A stretch of 64,000 nucleotides of DNA, taken from assembly GCA_002269645.1 (NCBI GenBank), contig NIVC01001173.1, forward strand, positions 1 through 64,000. Reading direction: 5' to 3'. Position 1 is the stretch's first letter. Each line of letters opens with the position of its first letter. The notes below the pieces were generated by a model, which did not search any database, had not been told where the DNA came from, and saw only the letters and a program-made list of their open reading frames with translations. Shown here one piece after another: positions 54,035-64,000 of the stretch. Position numbers and translations under genes: made by a program. This stretch comes from Macrostomum lignano (Eukaryota).

Positions 54035-54320
54035 GAATGGAGGATTGGAATTCTGGGATGTAGGATTGGGATTCTGGGATGTAGGATTGGGATTCTGAGA
54101 TGTAGGATTAGGATTCGGGGATGTAGGATTGGGATTTCGAAATGTAGGATCGGAATTCTGGGATGTAGGATTGGGATTCTTGAATGCAGGATTAGGATTC
54201 TGGGATGTAGGATTGGGATTCTGGGATGTAGGATTGGGATTCTGGGATGTAGGATTGGGATTCTGGGATGTAGGATTGGGATTCTAGGATGTAGGATTGG
54301 GATTCTGGGATGTAGGATTG
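54035..54320. repeat. 21-bp minisatellite upstream of the TRAPPC11 ATG (probable 5'-UTR intron)
   Basis: GGATTGGGATTCTGGGATGTA; lies between a donor at 54629 and an acceptor at 53931 on the minus strand. Confidence 0.9.
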
Positions 54321-55237
54321 GAGCTGTAGATTGTAGAATAAAATCAATGTTTTGGTTTAGGTCTTGGAATTTGGGTTTCTGGGAAGAGTTGGGATTCAGG
54401 GACGAATAATTCTGATTGTACGATGAAGGGCTCTGAGATTCTGAAATTCTGTAAAGCAATGGTGAAATCCAGGTGAAAAAAGCAAGAGCAAAATCCAAGC
54501 TACAAGTTCTCGATGCCGGATAGAAAAAAATACAAAACAACGTTTAATAAAATGATATCGAGTAAAGCTTTGGGAACAGTAAAATGACGAGACGCGGTTT
54601 AAAAAAAGTTAAATTTAGCAAACACTTACCAGAATAAAAGCACAAGCAGCACAATTATTAACTTAGCTAAGTAAAATTTGCAGACAGAAATGCAACAGAA
54701 AACGACACAACAGCCAAAAAAGAAGACTTTGAGAATGATACAACTGTGAGTCTTCTCTGTGTCCAGGACTTGGAACAGGAACTGCCAAGCATTGGATACA
54801 CACACACGCACTCACAAATTCACTTTCGTGTTGAGCCAGCTAACCGAAAACAAGCAGGCGATCCGTGCGTCACCACGCAAGACAAAAATAAACTTCCACA
54901 TCCTGCTCACTGACTAGGGTCACTAACGAGTGTATCCTCTATAGGCAGGAACAAATTGAAACTGTAAGCACACAAATTTAATCCAGATTTTGTGAAAGTC
55001 TTTTAGCTACCGGCAATAAAAGTGTAGAACAAAAATTTTAATTAAAATAAAAGATAGCTTTGCTGACTAGAAGTTTTAAAAAAACAGCTAACACTAATAC
55101 TATGAGGACAGAATTTTGAAAAAAGCACTGGACAAAATACGAAACAAAACCAAAAGTTGTCAGTACAAAATTCCACAACGTCCAACACATTTTTTAAGCG
55201 ATTATTATGTTAAACAGACACCACGAAACAGGCTTGT

Positions 55238-56838
55238 CGCTTCCGTCACTCTCACTGGTCACTCTGACTGATCTGCTTCTGTCACTCTGACTGATCTGCT
55301 TCCGTCACTCTCACTGATCACTCTGACTGATCTGCTTCCGTCACTCTCACTGGTCACTCTGACTGATCTGCTTCCGTCACTCTCACTGGTCACTCTGACC
55401 GATCTGCTTCCGTCACTCTCACTGGTCACTCTGACTGATTTGCTTCCGTCACTCTCACTGGTCACTCTGATTGACTTGCTTCCGTCACTCTCACTGATCT
55501 GCTTCTGTCACTCTCACTGATTTGCTTCTGTCACTCTCTGGTCACTATGACTGACCTGCTTCCGTCACTCTGACTGATCTGCTTCTGTCACTCTCACTGG
55601 TCACTCTGACTGACTTGCTTCCGTCACTCTCTGGTCACTCTGACTGATCTGCTTCCGTCACTCTCACTGATCTGCTTCTGTCACTCTCACTGATTTGCTT
55701 CTGTCACTCTCTGGTCACTATGACTGACCTGCTTCCGTCACTCTGACTGATCTGCTTCTGTCACTCTCACTGGTCACTCTGACTGACTTGCTTCCGTCAC
55801 TCTCTGGTCACTCTGACTGATCTGCTTCCGTCACTCTCACTGATTTGCTTCTGTCACTCTGGTCACTATGACTGACCTGCTTCCGTCACTCTGACTGATC
55901 TGCTTCCGTCACTCTGACTGATCTGCTTCCGTCACTCTGACTGATCTGCTTCCGTCACTCTCACTGGTCACTCTGACTGATTTGCTTCCGTCACTCTCAC
56001 TGGTCACTCTGACTGACTTGCTTCCGTCACTCTCACTGATCTGCTTCTGTCACTCTCACTGATTTGCTTCTGTCACTCTCTGGTCACTATGACTGATCTG
56101 CTTCCGTCACTCTGACTGATCTGCTTCTGTCACTCTCACTGATCTGCTTCTGTCACTCTCTGGTCACTATGACTGATCTGCTTCCGTCACTCTCACTGGT
56201 CACTCTGACTGATCTGCTTCCGTCACTCTCACTGGTCACTCTGACTGATCTGCTTCCGTCACTCTCACTGGTCACTCTGACTGATGTTTCCGTCACTCTG
56301 ACTGATCTGCTTCCGTCACTCTCACTGATCACTCTGACTGATCTGCTTCTGTCACTCTCACTGATTTGCTTCTGTCACTCTCTGGTCACTATGACTGATC
56401 TGCTTCCGTCACTCTGACTGATCTGCTTCTGTCACTCTCTGGTCACTATGACTGATCTGCTTCCGTCACTCTCACTGGTCACTCTGACTGATCTGCTTCT
56501 GTCACTCTCACTGATTTGCTTCTGTCACTCTCTGGTCACTATGACTGATCTGCTTCCGTCACTCTGACTGATCTGCTTCTGTCACTCTCTGGTCACTATG
56601 ACTGATCTGCTTCCGTCACTCTCACTGGTCACTCTGACTGATCTGCTTCCGTCACTCTCACTGGTCACTCTGACTGATCTGCTTCCGTCACTCTCACTGG
56701 TCTCTCTGACTGATGTTTCCGTTACTCTCACTGGTCACTCTGACTGATCTGCTTCCGGCACTCTCACTGATCTGCTTCCGTCACTCTCTGGTCACTCTGA
56801 CTGATCTGCTTCCGTCACTCTGACTGATCTGATTCCGT
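55238..56838. repeat. 36-bp-based minisatellite between flower and TRAPPC11
   Basis: CTGATCTGCTTCCGTCACTCTCACTGGTCACTCTGA and sub-unit variants. Confidence 0.95.
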
Positions 56839-56946
56839 CTCAGACTCAGTGCAACCTTAATAAGACAATCGAGTGTTTCCACCCGATCCCAGCGTCAAGC
56901 TACAAATTCCCATTCCGCGCAGCTGGCATGACGCATCTCTTCAGTT

Positions 56947-59900
56947 TCACTTGGCCCTGCCGGTGACCAAATTGCTCTTGGAGCCCGGCTGCTCTCCGCC
57001 GGCCGGCTCGGCGTCTCCTTCGAAACCGCGGTCGCGTCTGTCGACAGAGCAGAAAAACAGATGGTGAGAAAAGAATCTCCCCATTCTCCAAAGCTCAATA
57101 TTTCCCAAAACTTAATATTCTCTAAAACTCCCCGTTACCCAAACCTCTCTTACTTAAACCTCTCCATTACTCAAAAATCCCCATTACCTAAAAATCCCCA
57201 TTACCCAAGCCTCCCCATTACCCGAAACTCCCCATTACCTAAAAATCCCCATTACCTAAAAATCCCCATTACCCAAGCCTCCCCATTACCCAAAACTCCC
57301 GATTACCCAAAAATACCCATTACCCAAAACTCCCCATCACCCAAAACCTTCCATTACCCAAACCTCAATCTCCCTAAAACATTTCGCTTTCTTAAACTCT
57401 AAACTTCTCAAAAGTTCCCATGCCCATTCCATGAAAATCTGAATTACCTCAAAACCAGTCATTGTAAAAAAACAACCCCCATTCTCCGAAACTCTACATT
57501 CATAGAAAATCATAATTTCCTAAAACTTTCCCGACGCCTAGCAACCGCGTCACCGATGGCTTGACTGTCTGAGGCAGAATCCAATGCATAAGCTACTGGT
57601 TTGAAACTCACTGGTCGCGGCGGAAGGCGCGCACACCGTAGAGGACGCCGCAGGTGGCTACAGGGGCGGCGCCGAGCCACACGGTGGGCGACAGCAGACA
57701 GAGCAGCAGGGGCACCACGGCGGCGCTGCGGCGAAGCGATTGGCAATTTTGTTTGTTCGTGCCAATTTTTCCCTGTCTGGTTAATTAATCCTAGTCATGA
57801 CTTTTGAGCCAAAATTATTGACTTTTACATCGTAGCCGACAATTAAGAAAAATAAACTCTACGAGTATATTTAGGATTCTTAAAAATCATGATTTTAAGT
57901 TCCTGAAGTTCTAGTTTTATAATGAAACATCCTAAGTCCTAGGGTTATTGCGTCATAGCGGGCGAGAGACAACAATAATTTTGGCATCCTGAATCTAAGC
58001 TGGATTACATTTTAAGATTAATTTCCATTCTTTAATGTAGCAATGGTTTTTATAATTATTTGGATTTCAAGGCTTCAATCATTCTTAGAAGTCACAGACC
58101 TTCTGCAACTTCGGTAGACCAGAGAGGCCCAGCAGTGTAAAGGGCATGGTTGTGATTTTTTCGTTAGAGTTAGAGGCAGGGGGGTGTGCACCCTGGCGCA
58201 CTTTAAGCGACATTGTCACACAACCGGTGAGAGGCATTACTGCATATTCCGCCGACTTCCCTGAGCAGGCACACAAGCGCGCGAATACGTACGCAGGCAC
58301 ACACTCACACAGGAGTGTACAGCGGCCCTTAACTTTATTCATCCTAAGGCATGTACACTTCACTGTGCCTTGGGTGTTGGCCCGCAATGGCGTTAATTGC
58401 CCGAGCAGAGCCAAGCCGAGATTCCAATTCAGCCCCAAATTAATGTGGGCTGCACTGGGAATCGAGCCTGGGCCGCTGGCACATCAGAGCGCCGTGCTGG
58501 ACCACTGGGCTACGCCCCCCCTTTTGTAGAGATGTTGGTGCTGCATTTGACTTTGAATTTTTTTACTGATGAGTGAATCCAAACTATTAGCAAATTAGAA
58601 GCAGAAAGAAAAAGCACTGAAGACACATTCCCAGCTCACACAAAGTAGACCACAGCGCGCAGTAGGTAGGAGAATCGCTGCGAGAATTCGTAAACCCGAT
58701 TGGTGCAGGCCAAACCAATGCAGCAGAGAGGCGCCTCCAGCACAATGAGGATGGTGCCAATGATGCTGCGGTGTGACAATTATATTTACTGATTGTAGGT
58801 TTAATTAATTCAAATAAAGCCAGCAATATGTACTTACCTAAGGATAGTGCCAGCGGCAAAGCAGGCTGACTTCAGAGTCAGGCAGTTCAGGATGCCCAGG
58901 CTGAATGAAACTATAATAAATGATTCAAGAATTCAAATGGCTTAATCAGACAATGAAATCATGACAGTATAAATGACAATGTCGATAAGAGCATGAACAT
59001 GGGAAGAAAGTCGAGTCAAGGATAAAGAGATTAGTACATAGTCTAGAATTTACCAATAAGTCTATTCATTAGCAATTTGACCAAAAAGTATTCAAAAACT
59101 TTGGTAGATACTGATCATCATTCTTGCTATTGCTTAGGCCTAGTCAATTAAAAATGTACAAAAAAGTATCAACTTTAGCACCTCTTAGATTTGATCTATT
59201 TTGAATATTGAATATGTGGTTTTAGTTTTTTTTAATATTGAATAAAAGTATCAAATAGTAAATAAGCTGCTGATTGTGCTATGCTATTGGGTTTGTTTCA
59301 AACATTTGTACTGATTACTAATTTTAATTACTTTTATTCTGATTAGGATACTATTCTAGGGTGTTTACCAAAGCAAATAGAAAGCTATTGAAAGCTTATA
59401 AAAAATATGAGTATATAATAAATGATTAATTTTTTTTGTTACTTGGTTTGTAAGTTAATAAAGAAATTAGGCTCCAAGTAAAAGTTTGGCTTTGATCTAA
59501 TAAAAGTAAAACAGTTATAAGATGCAAAGCAGATTTATTATTTTCTTATAAGACTTTGTAACTAAGAAAGTGTAATTAATCTTCAAATCAAATTTTGGGA
59601 TCTAATAGACCCAGTGGCGTAGCCAGGGGGGGGGGGGGCAGGAGGGCCACAGGGAAGGGGGGCAAGAAGGCCACAGCCCCTCCCAATCACCTAGGGGTGG
59701 GGTTGGGCATGGCAGGTACCTAAAAACCATGAGGCAATTGAGTGCCTGCAGTACTAAAATGAGTGCCTGCAGTGCCGAAATGAGTGCCTATAGCGCCAAA
59801 AGTGGCAATGGCATAAAGCATGGCTAGCTAGACCAACCTAGCCCCCTTCCCAATTGAAATTCCTGGCTACACCACTGAATAGACCCTACAATGATTTTTC

Positions 59901-60483
59901 TATGTATTTCTTATACCATGATGAATTTTCAATTATTGTGGCCTAACCTTTTGAAGGTTAATAATATTTTTAGCCCAAGGAGCCAAGAGTTTATTTACTC
60001 AAAAAATAGGCTATTTATCTATTTGCTAGTGAGATAGTTAGAATTTATAGGCCAAGAAAAGAGGAGGATAAGACTAGGAACTCTAAGCAAAAGTCTATTA
60101 TAACTTAATTAATAAAAACTCATATTATCCTTCATAGTAATAATTTATAATGGATATAAAAAAATATTGATTTATTTAATGTCTTACTTAATGTCATAAT
60201 GAGTTAATGTTTAGATGCAAAAATGAATAAAATAAAACTGCAAAATATTCAATCTTGTTTAATTTGAATTCATTTTAATAGACATTGGTCTAAACAAGGA
60301 ACTAGTTTTTTTAGTGACAAATATATATAAGGCATTAAGTATCCATTATTTACAAATTTCAAAATATTTAAAATATTTAAAATACTTACCAATTCCAGCA
60401 ATAAAACCAACTCCTTGAGCAACATACTGAATGTAGCGATCAGCATATGCCATCTCATTAAAATTATCAGATGACATTGACAT
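56947..60483 (-). CDS. CACFD1: Calcium channel Flower homologue (CACFD1/Flower family, ~165 aa, 5 coding exons); coding frames not represented in the supplied ORF track
   Basis: Exons 60390-60483, 58838-58910, 58640-58765, 57612-57725, 56947-57037 (498 nt, phases chain). Protein: MSMSSDNFNEMAYADRYIQYVAQGVGFIAGIVSFSLGILNCLTLKSACFAAGTILSIIGTILIVLEAPLCC...LRAVVYFVAAVVPLLLCLLSPTVWLGAAPVATCGVLYGVRAF. Matches the Flower motifs GLFNC, EAPFCC, KAVFY, AVVP and TGVLYG. Confidence 0.9.
57125..57370. repeat. Degenerate CCCCATTACC repeat, flower intron 4
   Basis: Recurring CCCCATTACCCAAAA. Confidence 0.75.
58085..58525 (-). mobile_element. tRNA-derived SINE, flower intron 3
   Basis: Minus-strand head GCGTAGCCCAGTGGTCCAGCAC...GGCTCGATTCCCAG carries A-box and B-box-like motifs; body shared with 50822-51065. 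Confidence 0.75.
59612..59877. mobile_element. hAT-superfamily MITE (266 bp), flower intron 1
   Basis: TIRs CAGTGGCGTAGCCAGG / CCTGGCTACACCACTG; perfect 8-bp TSD AATAGACC (59604-59611, 59878-59885). Confidence 0.92.
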
Positions 60484-62311
60484 TTTAGCTCTAAGACTAG
60501 ACCTACTATGCCTATAGGCTATATAACTAGGGGGCCTATAATAGCCTTTATAATAGGCCGCCTATTAAGCTTTAGAATAAATGAATCTAGGCTTACTTGG
60601 ACTTAAAATCAGACAAAATCCAATGTCTATGTCTACTAAGTAATCTACTTATTTTACCTTAATGACAAGCTATTAGCAATAACTTTAGAGTAGGTCTGGT
60701 GACGTGAGTAGCTTTTTAATGTATAAAATCGCTAGAATATAGACTGTATTTTGTCTTTAAAGTTTCAAGTTCAAGACTTAATCTGGCAAAAGAAATCCAG
60801 AAATAGCAATACTACTCAAAAGTCTTACGAATAATTGAATCATCCTCACTCTGGAACTGGAACTGAACCTAATACTGCATTTCTAATCTCTTGAAAGAGG
60901 TTTTCACTCATAGGCTCTGAAGAAATAGTAATTTGATGGACGAGTTAAATTCATACAATAACAGCCATAATAAGCACATTAACAAAACTTTAAATTTTAT
61001 TGCCTTAGCTGTGATTGAATTAACAGCGTTTAATCTAAAAATAAAACGATTTAGTATAAACAAGCACAATCTTTATTGCTGGTTGCTCGGTTCTTAAGCC
61101 AAAAAGTTTAAAGTTCGACATGTCAGTCCAATCATTTCAGTTGAACCCCTATAAAAGCAAGAAGTCGGTTAAAGCATATTCATTAAAAGCTAAAACATTC
61201 CCATCAATTTACTTATTACGATTAGCACTAGCAGAAGCAGGGACTACTGAAACAGCTGTTTGTTATTATCGTTCTGCCCCGGTTTCTCCTAGCAGGTTCA
61301 CTGCCCAAATGCAAGGAGCAGAAGAATTAAGTGGAGCCTGGATACTGAAAGCTGAATAAATTATTTTGGCACTAAAGGTCGGCGAAAGCGAAAGGCAAGG
61401 CTTTGGTTTTAGTTAGATACTTAGTTACCGCTACTGCTGTTTTTTCACTAGTTCCTGATCAGTAGCACAAAATTAAGCGATAAGTCCAATATATACATGT
61501 ATAATCCCACATCTTAAAAAAAACTGACAGGGGGAAGAGCATGCAGCCACTATTCAGTTAAATAGCAATCGGCCCATATGTCTCCGATTTCGCGTACTGT
61601 AATCGGACTGTAATCGCGTACTAAAATTGATCCAATTTTTATACTGTGAATCACTATAAACATTTTTTGGCTAGTAGCAATAGTATATTTGCAGCAATTT
61701 TACACTAGGCGTCTAAAAATTGGAACGCAGCTGAATAAAACTGCGCGAATGTATCACTCAATACAGAGATAATTAATGTAATTATGTACATGCATCACGA
61801 TCGTCGGGTCTACTGTGTGAGATGAAATTATGATTATTACAAGGTACTCTTACATGGGAATGTTCGTCGCTAGGCATAAAAGTTTTTCTTGTTTTTTGGG
61901 TGAATGATCTTTTTTCGCGGGGATCAAGCATCTGAGTTTTAAAAATGTCATAATTATCTTTATTTTTAATTCTTGACAAGGCTTTCTTGTTTTGTTGTAC
62001 AGCTTTGGTTTGCCAACTGGGAGTTTCTCCACAGGGGAATATTCTCCTGCTGCAACTTTTCATGCAAAAGTGCGTATCGCGATCATAAATCAGATCATTT
62101 GCAGATTACGGAGATCACTTTTACGTCAGAATAACAGATTTTTGTTCCATTGGCACGACAGGGGTATCCATGCAACCCTACGAGCTACATTATACAACAA
62201 TACATGTGTATGAGTTCAGAGGTTAGTGGATCTAGCGAAACCGCGTAAATTGACTTATTTCAGTTATCTACAGGGTTGGTTCGATGACATACATGTAGCG
62301 AGGAGGCAATA

Positions 62312-63147
62312 GGCCGTATGAATAAAATGAGCAATTGCTCAGACTCGCACAAAATCTCGACTCAGTATGAAAAAACGGAGCAGTGACTTCCGAGCAACAG
62401 CTCATGAGTTTTGACTTGAAAGTTGTTGCTCCGAGTGTCAGCGAAAAAATCCGGGGCTGAGCAAACTCTCCGGTCTGTATGAATAAACTCGGGCCATAGA
62501 CAATCTTTTCTGAGCTGCAACTCACAAAATGTTGAGGCAGCCCTCTGCCTGCCTCAGCCATCTATACTCTAGTGGTTGTTGTAACTAGCGCTTTCTAGTT
62601 GCTGATGTTCTTTGACTGAGTTCTTCGGCAGTATGGCTGAGTTCTTTGCTGCACGTGCTCCCGCTCGACGGAAGTTTTATCCGGAGCGCCGATCTTCCGA
62701 CTTGACTAGAGACACGGAGTATGGTCGATTCTACCGATTTTCTCGCACCAACGTGCAGTATCTGGCCACGCGCTTTCTGAACGGCAGCACAGAGACAAGA
62801 GGCGGTGCGCTGATGCCGGCTTGATTCGTGATTTGATGCACAGACTTAACCGATTATAAAGAAGCCACAAGGGGAAAACAGAAAGAAGGATTCTACATAA
62901 AACACAAAGCATATACTCGTAGCATACTCTTAGAAAACAACATTTTGTCTATGGTTCAAAGTATCGCAATATTGGAGTTACAGCTCTGAGACCAAAAGTC
63001 TGAACTCTGACTAGGAGTCCCAACTTTATTCATACTGACCTTGAGCAGATGCTCCGACTCGGAGCAAAATTTCAGACCTGAGCAGTAGCTCAGTCTCAGC
63101 GTTTAAGCTTGAACTCGCAAGTTATTGCTCTTTTTATTCATACGACC
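62312..63147 (+). mobile_element. Internally deleted PIF/Harbinger-superfamily transposon with a truncated transposase N-terminus (62631-62824)
   Basis: TIR GGCCGTATGAATAAAATGAGCAAT / ATTGCTCTTTTTATTCATACGACC; ORF MAEFF...FYRFSRTNVQYLATRFLNGSTETRGGAL resembles HARBI1-like transposase N-termini, then stops. Confidence 0.7.
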
Positions 63148-64000
63148 TATTGTCGCTAATAAAAGAAGAGCCCGAATACCATATAAATTCATGTAGCCTT
63201 GGGTGCTGGGGTCGCGGGTTGGTCAGGAAGGTCTGCCAGTCACGCCTTCAGCGTGTTTTTTGTAGAGAAGAGCTGAGGATGTTTGTCTAGTTGCGCGAGG
63301 AACACGGCGTGCTGTGAGATGGCTATAGTCTCGGACTACATGTAGCACTGCAGATTCGAACCGATGTCTCGGTTTGAAGATTATAGCAGTGACAAACGAA
63401 GACCAGGTGTTTTATCACTTAGATTTTCATCACTTCATTTCACACTACCAATGATTTTAAGCACAAAGGACCCTCTAAAACAGGGAAAAATCCTGCGGGA
63501 AAGCTCCGGCTGGAAAAACTCGTCGGGAAAACTGGGCCGGGAAGCTCCTGACCGAAAAAGCATGCAGGGCATAAAAAACTCGTGCTCCCGCCATTATTTT
63601 TCTTTTATAGTGCAAAAAATTCCGCTAATTAATCTACATGCATATGTACAAATGATGCATCTAAGACAAACGTTTGCCTCCCAAATGCTTGGTTAACAAC
63701 TACTGCACAGTGCAGTGCATAATCAGAAAGCGGATTAGCATTTCCTCATGAAAATGCATTGGCCGCGGGTTTTAAGTCTACATGTAGATCATGTCTCATG
63801 CGCCGCTTCTATATAAGCCGAATATTTTACGGCAGCCTTCTTTATCAAGATCTGGCGATCGACTTCGGATAATTAGGCTTACGCAGAGGAAAATTTATGA
63901 GGCCAGAAAAGGCGGCAGCGACGCATGATTGGAACTGGAAACTACGGAATTTTTATCGCTACACAGGTGCAGTATATTGGATAGTACTCTTTTTAGTTTC

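Noticed and set aside
56873-57067. Plus-strand ORF with a donor-like end as a separate gene
   Set aside because: It is the antisense of flower exon 5 and its 3' UTR.
58440-58525. tRNA gene
   Set aside because: Degenerate cloverleaf and B-box fused to a repeated body; this is a SINE head.

Overview
Eukaryotic (metazoan) genomic DNA with GT-AG introns; no prokaryotic features, CRISPR arrays, rRNA or intact tRNA genes seen. I reconstructed three complete, phase-consistent, intron-containing genes by hand, all on the minus strand and in tandem: a Flower/CACFD1 homologue (60483->56947, 5 coding exons, ~165 aa), TRAPPC11 (53924->42878, 15 coding exons, ~1202 aa) and a full-length Piezo mechanosensitive channel (30396->1297, 22 coding exons, ~2649 aa). 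Nearly every long intron is filled by its own private minisatellite, and these arrays generate most of the long but spurious ORFs in the supplied track. The TRAPPC11-Piezo intergenic region holds a ~5 kb block bounded by ~205-bp direct repeats. That block contains a 23-bp satellite, a 1984-bp TG...CA solo-LTR-like insert with a 4-bp TSD, and an interstitial (TTAGGG)n tract. Other mobile DNA includes hAT MITEs, a tRNA-derived SINE (2 copies), a deleted PIF/Harbinger element and a possible Crypton fragment. The style (repeat-stuffed introns, GC-rich exons, TTAGGG) suggests a flatworm such as Macrostomum, but this is inference only. Main leads: (1) the Piezo pore is unusually divergent, with Ser at the hydrophobic inactivation-gate position and loss of acidic CTD residues; (2) a solo LTR with a promoter and a perfect splice donor points at Piezo; (3) one-intron-one-minisatellite architecture; (4) a possible trans-spliced flower-TRAPPC11(-Piezo) operon. 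All homology calls are by-eye comparisons to remembered family sequences, not database searches.
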